From positions 2,555,370 to 2,619,369 of the forward strand of contig MU057744.1 of assembly GCA_013265495.1 (NCBI GenBank): DNA of 64,000 nt, written 5' to 3'. The notes under the pieces are model-generated. The model was given only the letters and a program-made list of their open reading frames with translations, did not search any database and was not told the origin of the DNA. Shown here in pieces: positions 40,166 through 53,884 of this stretch. The position numbers and the translations under genes were made by a program. The first letter of the stretch is position 1. Every line of letters begins with the position of its first letter. This DNA is from Vicugna vicugna (Eukaryota).

Positions 40166-41799
40166 CCTACTGGGGAGTGATGGAAATGTTAGCTATCTTG
40201 ATTATGGCAGTGGTTTCATGGGTGTATATATCTATCAAATTTTGTCAGATTGTACATCTGAAAAATGTGTAGTTTACTATACAGAAATCATACCATAATA
40301 AAGGTGTTGAAAAAATAACTTTAAACTTTCAAAAAAAAAGGAAAAGGAAATGAAGAAGTAAAACCATCTCTATTCTCAGATGATAAGATTGTATATATTA
40401 TACAGAAAATCCTGAATAATACATCAAAAGCTATTACAGCTGATAAACAAACTCAGCAAAGTTGAAGGATACAACACACACACACACATCAACAATCAAA
40501 AATCAGTTGTATTTCTATACAATAGCAATGAAGAATATGAAAATGAAATTAAGAAAACAATTCCGTTTATAACAACAAAGAGAATAAAATGACAAATGGT
40601 GCTGGAACAACTGGACAGCCACATGCAAAAGAATGAAGCTGGACCTTAATCTCACACCATATATAAAAATTACCTCAAAATGATCCTACTGTCTGTACTT
40701 AGTCAATCAAGTGTGAAGCAAAATAAAGACAATTTTGGATATTAAAAAAATTGATCATCCAAGCAACATGTTTAAAAACATTACTCACTGAAGTATTTCG
40801 GTGGAGGGAGGAGGAATTCTAGGATGCCAGAAACAGTGGCATGTAATAAGTTTGATCCAGATGTAGCAATGGATACTTGAAACAAAAGAATCCATTTGAC
40901 CTTGGGAAAAACAAAAATGATCCTTTAAGCTTCCACTGATAACACACATTTTTCTTCACGTTTCATTAAACAAAACATAGCTACAGATATTTAAAATAAA
41001 GTTAGAAAGTAAAGTTCAACTATGTACCTTGAATATTTATGAACACGTATATTAAGTACTATACCATCTTCACTATTTTTCAAAAAAATTTTAATCTAGT
41101 TTTTTCTTATCACTTTTCCAGAAAAATTCAATCATTTTCCAAAATTTCAATGACACTTTTTAGTTCATATTACATTAAACATACACCTGAGAAGAATTTT
41201 TAGCCCTAGAATTTAAAAGTTTTATAATTTGTATCAAAAATGTTGCTCAGAGCAATTCTTATATGCATCTTACATATTACTTCATGCGTTCAATCTCACA
41301 ACCTTGTGTTTGAAGCTACTTTAAGGGAGAACAATCTGTTTTCTGTTTTGTTTTCTAATTAGTATAACAATCTAGGGTAATAAGCTTGAAATCTATTAAT
41401 TCTTATATATTTAGATTATTGCTGTCAGACAGTAAATTTGCTAATTAATTGTATACTTTTTCTTTGATTCTTCTGAAGTTTGTTGTAATTGCTCTTTTGG
41501 TGTATAGTCATGTGATTTGCAGTAGTGATGATTTGTATACGTCCCAGTTCAAGCTACATATTAATAACTGTTTTATGTCTTACTGCATTAATCCCAAGTT
41601 CTAAGCAAGCTAAATGTGTAATGGAAAGAAAAAATACATTCAGATGTGACAATCACTACAGATAAATTTCGTCCTCTGTGTGCAATAGATGGCAAAATTA
41701 CTGTTAGGAAGGAAATACATATCTTCTGTTTCCTTCCTGCCAACAGTAGTTCAGGTGATATGAAAATGTTTGTGCTTCTGCCCAAATAGACAATTTTTG

Positions 41800-43612
41800 A
41801 AAGACATCTAGATGGCCAACAAGTGCATGAAAGATGCTCAGCATCACTAATCATCAGAGAAATGCAAATCAAAACCACAATGAGCTATTGCCTCATATTA
41901 TATCAGACTGGTTATCATTAAAAAGACAACAAACAACAAGTGTTGACAAGATGTGGAGAACAGGGAACCCTTGTGCACTGTTGGTAGGAATGTAAAGTGG
42001 TGCAGCCTCTACGAAAAATGGCATGGAGTTTCCTCATTAAAAACAGGACTCCCGTATGATCCAGAAATTCTACTTCTGGATATTTTCCAAGGAGGACGAA
42101 ACCACTAATTCAAAAAAGGCATATGCACTCCAATGTTCATTGAAGCATTAATCACAATAGCCAAGATACGGAAGCAACCTAAGTGCCCATAAATAGATGA
42201 ATAGATAAAGATGTGACATATATAGAAATATTACTCAGTCATAGGAAAGAATGACCCCTTGCCATTTGCTGCACCCTGGATGGACCTAGAGGACATTATA
42301 CTAAGTGAAGTAAGTCAGACAGAGAAAGACAAATACTGTATGATTTCACTTACGTGTGGAATCTGAAAAACAAAATAAATGAACAAACATAAGAAAACAC
42401 AAAAAGAGTTATAGGTACGGAGAACAAACACTTAGTAGCCGGAGTGGAGGCTGGCGGGGGAGAAATAGGTGAGGGAGATTAAGAGGTGCAAACTTTCAGG
42501 TACAAAAAAAAAAAAAAAAAGAGTTACAGGGATGAAATTGACAGACAGGGGGATATAGTCAATAATAATATAATATCTGTAAAGTAACAGATGATAACTA
42601 GACTTGTCGTGGTGATCCTTTTGTAATGTATAAAACTATCCAATCACTGTGTTGTACTCCAGGAACTGACATAGTGTTGTAAGTCAGTTATATCTCAAAG
42701 GAAAGAAAAAAATTAAACAAACTCAGAAAAAAAGGATCAGATTTATGGTTACCAGAGGCAAGGGATGAGGGAGGTGGAATTGGATGAAGGTGGTCAAAAG
42801 GTACAAACTTATGATCATAAGATAAATAAATACTAGGGATATAATACTGCTGATTCCAAACTCTCTGCTCCCCATTGGACAGGCCAATAAATCAGGAGAC
42901 AAGGTGTTGGGGCAAGGAATAAGGACTTTGTTTGGAAAGGCAGCAGACTGAGAAGATAGGAGACTAATGTCCTGGAGAACTGTCTTCCCCACGTCAGAAT
43001 TCAGGCTCCTTTTATACTAAAAAGGGGAGGGGGTGTGGTTGGTTATTGCAAACTTCTTGGTGCCAGAAAACTTTGTTCTTGCAGCTGTCCACGTGGGTCA
43101 GTTCAGGGTGTTCTTGAAAACCTCCAAGAAGACAAATGTTATTCTCTGTTCTGCAGCTCTATATGAATGGAAAAGTGTTACACCCTGAAAGGTCAGAATC
43201 TTGAGACTGAGCTCTCCTGCATATTTCAGGCTCTAGGCAACATTTTTTATAGGAGGTGCAGAACCAGCATGACTCAGCCCGGGAAGCATCACAGGGTTAG
43301 AGCTAAAGGAACAGATCTAATACGGAGTCAGATTTGTTCTTCCCTATTACAGTAATGCCACATGATTAATATAATTAACACTGCTGTATGTTATATATGA
43401 AAGTTCTTAAGAGTAAATCCTGAGTTCTCCTCACAAAGAAAAACACTGATTTTTCTCTTATTTTGAAGCTATATGAGATGATGGATGTTGACTAAACTTA
43501 CTGTGGTTGTCATTTCATGACGTATGTAAGTCAAATCATTATGCTGTTCACCTTAAACTTACATAGTGCTGTATGTCAATTATGTCTCAAAAAAACTGGA
43601 AGGAAAAAAATA
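41800..43612 (+). mobile_element. Stacked L1 3' ends (L1MA-like) interrupted by an LTR
   Basis: ATCACTAATCATCAGAGAAATGCAAATCAAAACCACAATGAG, CTAAGTGAAGTAAGTCAGACAGAGAAAGACAAATAC, end motif TGTATGTCAATTATGTCTCAAAAAAACTGGA. Confidence 0.85.
42848..43351 (-). mobile_element. ERV solo LTR inserted in L1
   Basis: TG..CA termini, reverse TATA (TTTTATA) inside, flanked by imperfect repeats ATAATAC and GTAATGC. L1 sequence resumes on both sides. Confidence 0.7.
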
Positions 43613-44149
43613 AACGATTTGTGCTTCTATTAGTAACAAATCCACATGCACTACTATTACTGATGTGGTTTGTTGACTGATTCACAACTGAAAGAAATGG
43701 TCAATTTTGGTTGCAGGTTAATGAAAATAATGCATCCATATGCATGAAGCTACTGAATTCTGGATTTTGGACCTTAGTTTAAGAACCCACGTTGTAATAG
43801 GTCAAAAGTGAACAGGTGGTACTGGGAGCCTGATGTGCTTAGAGCCTCCTAAACTGAACACCATATCCGCTTCCTTTGAGAATGAATGCTTCAGGTAGGT
43901 ATTTAAGATTTTAGAGAATTCATTAATGCAGCAACAACTTAAAAGATCCTAAAATACATTGCTTTCCTTGAAAAAAAAATCTTTTAACTGTGTAACACTT
44001 CTACCTGAATATAAGCATCATAATTCATTAATAATCATAACTTACTGGCAAGAAAAAATACAACAGCAGTTCTACGAGGCATTGTCTAGATGACTTGGTA
44101 GAATGTGTGATGTCTTGTGAAGAAATTTGCCTTTGTTCTCACCTTTTAG

Positions 44150-44474
44150 AAAATAAAGATGTCTTGAAGAGAGGGAACCCCCTATCAAATTCATTCCACA
44201 AATTTCCAGAGCATAAAATGGGATCAATTTCATTCTCAACTACAACGGCCAGAACAGGCTAATTCACTTGTGGCAAGAGTTTACTTCTTGAAGTGTTTTG
44301 TGGGTGGCAGGATTTCTTTTATATTTCAAAATTATTGCCATATGGAGGAAGATTAATATAACACCTTTACATGTTTTTGTTGTTAACTCTGGAAAACAAT
44401 TTTGAGGAAAATCAAAGTGAGAGCGGCCTTTTTTGTTATTTTATCTTATGCACAGGATTAAATGCTAAGAGAAG
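44150..44474 (+). pseudogene. Pseudo-exon, 325 nt, phase 1-2
   Basis: Acceptor CTTTGTTCTCACCTTTTAG, donor AAG|GTAAAA. Reads NKDVLKRGNPLSNSFHKFPEHKMGSISFSTTTARTG*FTCGKSLLLEVFCGWQDFFYISKLLPYGGRLI*HLYMFLLLTLENNFEENQSESGLFCYFILCTGLNAKR (2 stops in 107 codons). Confidence 0.55.
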
Positions 44475-45649
44475 GTAAAATTGTATTTTATTTTTTATTT
44501 CAATTACATGTTTTCTAACAGAAAATAAACTATGCTATATTTAGTGCTGTAATTAGGAACTAAATTATTATCTTTTCTTACTGATTTTGTCCCTTGCCAC
44601 AAAAAGAAGAAAGTGCCTCAGTTAAAATCTGCTAAAAGACTCTTCCTCTCACAGTGCTTCTGGGTGCTCATTTTGCAAATTATCACTATTTATATACACA
44701 AAATAAATGCTTTCCTTTATCCATGTAGAAATATTAGCAAAGTATCCATTTGCTGTTAGAAGGAACAATAGTGATAAAACAGTTATTTCAATGTTCAGTG
44801 GGTTGAGTTCTGCTGTTTTGAAATCTCTTATTGCAAACATTAGGTAGAGAAGATAATATCAAATATAAATGTTAAAATATGTTAAAAATAATATCCATCT
44901 GCCTCTAGTCTGCCTATACTTCCTTGAAGCTGTAAGCCACGGTCAGCTATCTAATGGAACCTCCTTGTCAATCAAACGTATGTTTTATAAGAAAAGGAAG
45001 GATAAATGTGATAAACATAAAAAGTCTCCAACATCCCAAATGTGAAGTCTTTCAAAAAAGACCTTGACTAATTTCTCAGAACCTCCACTGCATGCCTAAC
45101 CATGAAATATGCTGTGGGGGACATGGAGTTAGAAAAGATGCTGTTCTTAGCTTCAGGAAGCACACAGCCCAGCTGGGAGACATGTCACTGGGGCAGAGCT
45201 TGGTTTCTAGACAGTCCTGATTAAATATAAGATCAGAACTGAGGAATGGGGACATATTATGAGAAATCAGAAAAATACCTGGTTTTGAAAGACATAGCAA
45301 ATAATATGCATGGTATATGCAAATTAAAAAAAAACATGCATGACTTTAATTTCAAGGCAGAATGAAACAGTGACACTGGGAAGCCCAGATTCTGGGGCTG
45401 GTCCAATGTCCGGCTTTTAAAGCTAAACAAGGTCCCAGGCCTGGGAGGTGACTGTAGCAGGACTCTGCTAGGTCTTGGTAGATTCCTAAATCCACTATGA
45501 GGAAATAGTAATACCTTTCAAGGTGACCTGTGATGAAAAGGCCCAGCCGGGGAGCTTGAAGCCATGCAGGGGATGGGGTCACTGAAGAAAATTGAGGATT
45601 TCCTCTAAAACTCAGCATCTGGCACAAAGTCTCTTTGGCACTGTGTGTG

Positions 45650-46090
45650 TGTAAATGCGTGGTTCAGCTCCCATGCCGCAGGGAGCCGTACTTGGCACGT
45701 GGCCCTCAGCTCAGCTGCTGCGGTGGGTCTGTCACAGCCTTCACGCCAAGGCCGTGCTTCCCCTAGACCTCTCCCATCAGCGACAGAGAATGGTAGGAGG
45801 CCTGGGGTTGGCCTGTTCCTCTGGCATGTGGAAGTCTCTCGTGGACGCCTTTGAGTCAAGGATACCCATGGGTCTGGTTGAAAATTAGTTAGAATTGAGC
45901 TGTAGCGTGGGACTCTGGCTGCCTGGTCTGCTGCTTTCACAGGTGTCAGATACGTGACACAGTCGGCGGACTCCCCCCAGCTGCCCCTGTTCCTTCCCTT
46001 TAATCCATCACAGGCGCTTCTCCTGATAAACCTCATGAATGTCTGATCTCATCTTAGCCTCTGCTTCTGGGAGGCCCCAGACTAACACCA
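45650..46090 (+). mobile_element. ERVL LTR, LTR16-like
   Basis: 3' end GATAAACCTCATGAATGTCTGATCTCATCTTAGCCTCTGCTTCTGGGAGGCCCCAGACTAACA. Confidence 0.55.
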
Positions 46091-46326
46091 GAACCTGTAT
46101 TTAGATTGCCCACTTCTTTCTTCCCCCCCAGCACTACTTGAAGGTTTCATTCGTTCCTACCAAGTTCTCTCTCTGGTATTTGAACTCCCTTCACCCTGCC
46201 AGGTGTTATTTCTCTGCTTTCATTCCTGCTGCCGCCCATTCTTTCCTTCACACTCCCGATTATTTGGTTTTAGGCTCACTTACCTGACTTTAGGAAAACA
46301 TTGCTGATTTCTTAATGACATACCTT

Positions 46327-46500
46327 CAGGGGTGCACTGGTTAATGTTTAACAATAGACTTTCTGGGGGAAAATGCCCTAATTTGTAGAAATTCTCTGTT
46401 TCTGTGGTCAATTTCAAAATAGCAGCTTGCATTAGTAAAAGTGCAGGTGTACCCAATTAGCTGTTGTCAACCTGCACAAGCTGATTTTGACACAGCACTG
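46327..46500 (+). mobile_element. hAT DNA transposon remnant, MER63-like
   Basis: CTGGTTAATGTTTAACAA..GGGGGAAAATGCCCTAATTTGTAG..ACAGCACTG. A related reverse copy lies at ~48310-48445. Confidence 0.55.
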
Positions 46501-46593
46501 CACAACTCTCTTCTCAACCCATCCGTGTTCTAGTCTCCATATGCTGGAAAAGTCCTTTGTATAAATACTTTCTCTTCTGTCTCTCCTGGACAG

Positions 46594-46806
46594 CAACCAC
46601 ATGGACATTGATGTAGGTGTGAATCACAGGTTACAAGGTACCAAAATTTTGTTTTGTTTTCTGCCTCTCGCATACTCCTGGATGTCATCAGTGCATTTCA
46701 GAGCAAGAAAGCTATTAGTATTATGCAGTATACATTATATTCCTGATGGAGGTAATAAGAAATGTTTAGGGAGTACATTTTTAAAGGTACCATAATGAAA
46801 ATATTG
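46594..46806 (+). pseudogene. Pseudo-exon, 213 nt, phase 2-2
   Basis: Acceptor TTTCTCTTCTGTCTCTCCTGGACAG, donor TTG|GTAAGT. Contains ORF 46601-46795 (MDIDVGVNHRLQGTKILFCFLPLAYSW..) in the frame dictated by the 44474 donor. Confidence 0.55.
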
Positions 46807-49383
46807 GTAAGTAAGAGTCAGGTTAGACTTGAAATATGTGGTAAGTATGAAACTGCTAACCATTTTACTATATTCAGTCATTCATCGCATTGTTCTTTTA
46901 TTCATGTCATCAAACACATTGTGTTATGTGCTGAGATAGTGCAGTGAACAACTTACCTTGTCCTGATGGGGGGGAGCATGTGACAAAGTGAGTAGTAGAA
47001 AAATATGTGATCTGAGAAATCAGACAGTTCAAATGCTAAGATTTCTAAGAGGCAACTTTCAACTGCAGAGAGGGAAGCAAATATTAATTTAAAGTTTTCA
47101 CATTCTTGGGTTGTAAAGCCACATGAAAAAGAAAAATTTCACATGAACTTAGTGGGAAGTACCATGTTTGTTTCATTTAGAATCGCTCTTGCCTGCATGG
47201 CGTGGTCTCGCAGCAAGGCTGCTGCAAAGCTGCAGTGGTAATTGTGCAGCTGTTCTACATGCTAAGAGGTCCTTTGCAAACAGTGAGAAAGAGGAAGGGA
47301 GTGTGTAGAACTGTGGGGAAAATGAATTAGTCTGATAACTGGACTGAGGTTACAACTGATGGTTTCTCTCAGGGAGGGGGATAGACTGTCCCTTCAGCGG
47401 GCACCGACTTCTCCCCACTGCTCCTGGAGGGGAGCGTAACGGCTTTCTTGATAAAAATACCTCAGTCTTCTCAGTGTTCCCTGAGGGATGAATTTGAGCC
47501 CAGTTCCTGACTTTGGGTTTTTAAATTGAGAAACTTAAGGTTGCGGAAATTATTGCCTTGTTCCCGCGTTGCCCAGCCGGATTCCAGCAGACTCCTTGTT
47601 TATCTTGCCAGAAGGGGCACTACGAGTATCTTTTCCTTGTAAATCTGTAGGCTCTTCCTCTTCCTAACCCAGCATTCCTGACATGTTTTCTCATAAAGCA
47701 AGACCTTTTCCAGATCCCCCAAATTTAAAGATTGCTGCATTCTTCTACTCTCCTAGGAGTAAAAACATAGAAGTATTTTTGTCCCTTTCATCACCATATT
47801 TAAGCCATCGACTACTCATAGAGTTTGCATCTGCAACGTGTGTTAAGTATACCTGTTATTTTACTGCTTATCACTTTTAAGGCAATAATAGCTATATTAG
47901 TACTTTCTCTTTTGTAAGAGGAAGTATAGAGAAGTACTCAAGAATGTAAATGAGGGAGGGAGATTCTTGGGTATAAAAACTGATGCCAGCGTTAAGACTT
48001 ACTGATCAAGGGAGGAACATGCACATCAGAGGTCCAGGGACAGAATGACGCTCAAGTGTTGGCTCCTCCATTTACTGGTTTCATGAGTTTTAGAGATTTA
48101 ACCTCTTTGATCCCTAACATCTTCATCCCTGGACATGACAATGATAAAAACAATGCCTATTTTAGAGAGGTACTGGAAAAGTAAAGGGGAGAATGTGTGT
48201 TAATTGCTTAGCACTCTTCCTAGCACTTAGTAAGAGCTTAACAAATGCCAGTTGTTATTGTTACATATGAAGAGATTACACATGCTCTTCTGAACTCTTA
48301 GTTCAGTGACCTCATATTGGTAGCTTGAAATTGGACATGGTGCAATATTTAACCAAAGGAATTGGCAAATAGTACACAAACTAGTTTTCTTTTATTTTTG
48401 TTTTTCCTAGAGAGCCTACTGCTAGATTTACTAGCATAGCACTGACGTTGGTTTTATTAATGCTGTGCTTTGATATAGTTCTTCTAAATAGGTTAAAGGT
48501 AAAACAGTGGGCAAGTGAGGGAACAGGATGAGTTCATCCCAAGTATAAGCTGGCCAGGAAATGAAGTAGTTTCTCAAGCAGTACGCTAGAAGTGAAAGGT
48601 AGTATTTAGATAGCAGAGTGGTTCCTTGCTTTCGTTGGGTGATGTTTGGACGTGTAATTGTGGTGATTACCAAGAACCTGTTAAGCTTTGGTAGCCTGTC
48701 AGTTTAGTCCTCTTTAACGGGTCACAAGGTAAAGACGACATTCATGTTTTATATGCCAAAACATCCAGGCTTTACATTCTATGTCAACTTGCAGACTAGT
48801 CTTCAGTAAATTATTTCTCCATTGTTCCAGTCTTGTCTGTGCCGTGCTGTGGAGTCTGTGGGGAGGGAAACTTAGGTGTCCACTCCTGGGGCAGAGACCA
48901 GAGGGAGAGCAGTGGTACTGGCGACCACTCTCGTTGTGGGAGTGGTCATCACGGGGACCTGAAGGGAAGGTGAACTTTGGGGAGGAAAGTTGGGCTTAGT
49001 CATCCTTCTGGCTCTTCTTACAAGAAGATACTCTTTCAAATACCTGCTTTAGTAGTGTGCTTTGTTTTTCTCTGAGTATCTTTTTCTTACACTATCAACA
49101 CCTTATTTCAGGCTTTTTTCTAATCTTTCATCTTGTTTGTGTTGTTACAACGGCCTCAATATATTTACAGTTTCTAATATTTTTCTAAGAGAGAGAGAGA
49201 TGGGGACAGTGAGAGAGAGACAGACGTTCCTCATTAATTTTAATTGTCTAAACTATTTTGTACAAACTCATCTTTCTGGCATTCAAGATCCTCCCCAGTG
49301 TGGTTTTAATCTGTCTTTCAGATTTGCCTCATTTTACTCTGTCCCAGATACCACAAAGAGAAACTAAATTGAGTTACTTATTT

Positions 49384-50095
49384 GTGGTATGTGATTTGGA
49401 CTTGCTAAAAAGCAAAATTCAATTGAGTCAAATTTAAATACTTTATTGGCTTTATTCAGTGATTCATGAATCAGGCAGCATCCCCAGTCCAGATGGAAAG
49501 GAGCCCTGGGGAGCTGGACATAATGAAGGACTTTTACAGGCAGAAGGGAGCAGGACGAGGAAGTGATACTGGGCTGAAAATGGAGGCTGGTTATTGCAAG
49601 GTCACCTTCTTTTAGGGGATGGCTGGGGTCTGTCAGGCAGATGACCTAACACTGGTCAGGTGATTCCTGATTGACTGGTTTAAGATCCCATTTCTGAGAG
49701 AACTGAAACTGTAGTTAAGTTTAGTGTTGGTTTGGTGATACAGAGCTTAGCATAAGCAACTGCATTCTGGGCTTGCTGTCTTGTTGTTGGAAAACTTAAT
49801 AAACAGAAACTGAGTTGAACAGAATCAGGAAACCAGAATGGAGAGCTCTCAAGTCCTGTGTCACAGCAGAGCCCGACAGGAAGAAGAAAGGCTTCTCTTC
49901 CTTCCTGGCAGAGACTCAGCCAGTGAAAAGCCATGGACTCCTTGTTTACTCAGCCCTCCCAACTTCCTTTTCCCTCTGTAAGAGCCGCTCACCACGGCTA
50001 CAGACCCTGAAGCAGTTCTCTGCTGATTCTGAACAAACCTGTTTTTGATGGAGAAAGCCTGGTAGTCTACTTGTTTCAGGTCAATGTTGTTAACA
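49384..50095. mobile_element. Two adjacent ERV LTR remnants, apparently in opposite orientation
   Basis: The first carries a reverse polyA signal (TTTATT at ~49442/49451). The second starts TGTTGGAAAAC (~49786) and has an LTR-like 3' part. Family not assigned. Confidence 0.5.
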
Positions 50096-50648
50096 GGCTT
50101 TTGTGTCCATGCATTTTGACAGGTCTGTTCTACCAGCATCCCCATCTCCACCATCTCTGCTCGTCACAAAATTCTCAAATTTGTACCACACATTTCATGG
50201 TCCAATTGTACTTTTGTCATTCTTTGCGATAAAAATTTTCTGTTCAGCTGTGAAAACCTTTAACACTTTGTAAACATTTGGCAGGTGTTACATTTGGTTT
50301 TGTATGATAGTTATGGGGGGATGGATTATACCTAGACATATGGACATTGGACAAGGTGGAGAGAATCAGGACAGTAGCACAACTGCCCTAAAGGCCAGAG
50401 AGATGGTCAGAAAAGAAGTGAGATGGGAGCTGCTCCAGACGTGTGTGGAGTGGATGGGTGGACAGAGTCAGAGTGTGTGGGGTGCTGTGTTGAGATTCGG
50501 GCAGTGTTTGGTACCAGCACTTCTAAATGGGGGTGGAGAAAGGCAGGTAGACCATGAAATTGAAGATACAAGATCAGCCATCCCTGGAGAAGCCAAACAG
50601 CATCAGAAAAATAATCTGGGCACAACTCCTGCCGTAAATGGGAATGGA

Positions 50649-51225
50649 ACATCACTAATTGTTAGAGAAACGCAAATCAAAACTACAATGAGAGATCACC
50701 TCACACCGGCCAGAATGGCCATCATTCAGAAGTCTTCAAATAATAAATGCTGGGAAGCGTTTGGAGAAAAAAGAACCCTCCCACACTGTTGGTCAGAATG
50801 TAAATTGGTGCAGTCATTGTGGAGGACAGTATGAAGGTTCCTTAAAAAAACTAAAAACAGACTTAACCATATGATCCAGCAATCCCACTCCTGGGCGTAT
50901 GCCTGGAGAAAAACGTAATTCAAAAAGACACACGAACCCCAATGTTCACAGCAGCACTGTTTACAACAGCCAAGATATGGAAACAACCCAAATGTCCATC
51001 AACAGATGGCTGGATAAAGAAGATGCATACATACACACACACAACACCTACATACATACACAACAGAATATTACTCAGCGTTGAAAAACAAAATAATGCC
51101 ATTTGCAGCAACGTGGATGGCCCTGGAGATTGCCATTCTAAGTGAAGTAAGCCAGAAAGAGAAAGGATAATGCCATATGATATCTCTTAACTGTGGAATC
51201 TAGGGAAAAAAAGGACACAAGTGAA
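50649..51225 (+). mobile_element. L1 3' fragment
   Basis: [25 protein letters not shown] and [19 protein letters not shown]. Confidence 0.9.
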
Positions 51226-53661
51226 CTACTTACTATTTATAGCTTAGATGACTGATCTCTTGAATATGTGTAAGCACATTTGACTGTCCTTTATGATTGG
51301 ATTACTGCATTCTGTTGATTCTTAAAAGAAGATTTTATTCTGTTTTTAAATGTAATTATGTCTGATGTAATATACCTCAGGATTTGTTATTGCTTAAAAA
51401 AAGGAGGGGGGGAGGTTGGAAGAACCAGATGAAACATATGGGTGGAAATTAAAGTACAGCCCTTATTATTTCTGTGTTGGGCCAGCATGGCCTCCGAGAA
51501 AGAGGACTAGGTGAGCTTTGACTAGGGTGAACAGTACTCAGGGATGATTCCTATGGGTGTACCTGGCTCTGGTTCTTAGCAAAAACCTAGCAGTATTGCC
51601 TGAGCTCAGATATACACAGTATACCATGCATAAATAAATATGCATGTATATATTATTTAAAAGATATGATTGATCAACAAAACATAATTCAACTTTTGTC
51701 AGATGTGGTAATCTTAACACAATGTTTTTAGCAAAAACAGGAGTTGTTATTTAGTTCATACATAGTTTGAATTAAGCATACATTTGTTAATTACAGTAAA
51801 TCAGCTCATAGTGAATGGATGCTTGGCCAAAACCTTAGAGAACAAAGAGCAAGTATATTCCTGACCCAATCACAACCATTTCTTCCACCCAGTATCCTGA
51901 GTTTTTATCCTCATCAGTTCCTTGCTTTTATTTATTTTTACTTCCAAATATGCATCCCTAAGTATTATAAATTATCGGTACTTCTCTTTGAACTTTCTGT
52001 GAATTCAGTCAAACTCTATGCAATTGATCGTGCCTTGCTGCTTCTGTTCAATAGTGTGGGATTCATAATGTTGCTGATGATAGCTAAGGTTTTTAGAGGG
52101 ATTGTTTTTGGTTTTTGTTTAGCTTTGTTTCTGTAAAATAATGCATTGTGCCACAAATTACTAAGACATCCTTCTGTTGATTTACATTCACTTTGTTTCC
52201 ATTTGGCACTATGATGAAGAATGATGCTATAAAATTCTTATAAAAGAAAAAACAAACAAACAAAAAAGAAGTTTAACTCAAGCCACACCAGAATAAAGGA
52301 GGAAACGGGGGGTGGGATTAGGTATGAAGCTTTAATCTACTCACTGCCTCTGTCAGAATTAGCTCAAGAACAGAATCCAGCAGAGCCTGAATCCACTGGT
52401 GCAGATGCTGGAGGTAGCTGAGCAGGAGAGCCCTGGATGTGAGGGTTTCTGAGTGGCAGATTATATGGCAGTAGGGCTGTGATACCTGATATTTATTTAG
52501 CTGGGTTTTGAACCTGTGTAGAGCAGCAACTTGCCTCATTAACGTATCTATTGCTTAACACATCTAGACCTTGCCTGTAGACAGACTCAGAAATACTAGG
52601 GTTGGTCCGAGCATAGGGCATTGTGGCAGCACATCTTTGCAGCACAGTTGAAGCCCAAGATTGGGGTCCTGTGCCTTTTCTTCCTCATCTGTAAAGCATG
52701 GAAAACAGTTTTACATTATAAGGTTATTGTGAGAATTAAATAAGATAATTTATGTAACAAAATAAAAACACCTAGTAATTAGCAAGCAGTCCATACCAGC
52801 TAGAGATCATTTTGTTTTTATCATCAACATCCTTTTTTTCTCAAAAATTCTTATACTTTAAAAAAGTCCAGTTATAGTAAAAGTGAGATGTTCCTGTTTT
52901 ATCTTATTCCACAGATTGAGAGTAAGAGTATTACTTATTCATTATAAATCTACACCTCAGTCGAAATTGTGTCTATCTCTTTGAGTTGGTTAAATAGGCA
53001 ACCTAGATAGATTATACAAGATTTCAACCTTTCATGCTTTTTTTTTAAGTAGAAACTCATATGTAACATTAAAACAGGACATCCACATTGAATGTGGCAT
53101 TTTTTCAATAGAAGAAGAAAAGTTATAACCTTTAAAGGTCATACTGTTTACACCCTTAATAAATACAGTAAAATAAAATGCCAATCTGAGTATTTCAGTA
53201 AGTAGCTAAGTTTGCTAGGTTGTCAGTCTCAGAATTTAATTTAGAAGAAAACATCTGCATTTTTTTGATGTTACATCTTATAAAATTACATATACTGACT
53301 GCAGCAAGTCAGTTCAATACAGAAAACTAGTTAGAAAGCATAGCACTAGTGTTGAGAAGAGTGGCAGCTCTGTTACAAAAAAAATGCATTAAAAAATAAA
53401 CTCTTTTTTCGTGGACTGGAGTCAGTGCTCTTCAGATCCTGGAGTTTATCCAAATATATGGATGATGTTTCACTTGTAAGAGAATTGCTAAGGCATAAAA
53501 TATATATCTACAGAATATCCCCAGAGGCCTCTAATAAAAGAATGTGTATATATATGTGTGTGTGTGTATACCATATGTTGAACAAAACTATCAGCATATT
53601 GCCAAATGTATGTAGGCAGTAGGATTAAAAATACTTTATTACTAATATTATTTAATTTCAG

Positions 53662-53852
53662 AGTTCAACAAAAACTTCTAGATCAGTCTCTACAACCCCC
53701 AAAATTGTTACTACACATGGGACAATTCACTGCAGCATAATTTGCTCAGAGGCTTTGCCTCAGAAATAAATATTTCAATCCACTGGAATTTGTATGTTGC
53801 AAAGTCTTGTCAAACCTTAGGAGAGTTATTGTATCACCTTGAATGTGAAGCT
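53662..53852 (+). pseudogene. Pseudo-exon candidate (alternative donor at 53791)
   Basis: Acceptor TTTAATTTCAG. Two frames each have one stop: ..ISLYNPQNCYYTWDNSLQHNLLRGFASEINISIHWNLYVAKSCQTLGELLYHLECEA|GTTAGT, or VQQKLLDQSLQPPKLLLHMGQFTAA*FAQRLCLRNKYFNPLEF|GTATGT. Confidence 0.4.
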
Positions 53853-53884
53853 GTTAGTTAAATTACTGACTCATAATAATGATA

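Noticed and set aside
50304..50834. 176-aa ORF
   Set aside because: The C-terminal part is L1 ORF2 and the N-terminal part has no recognisable similarity, so it is probably a chance read-through
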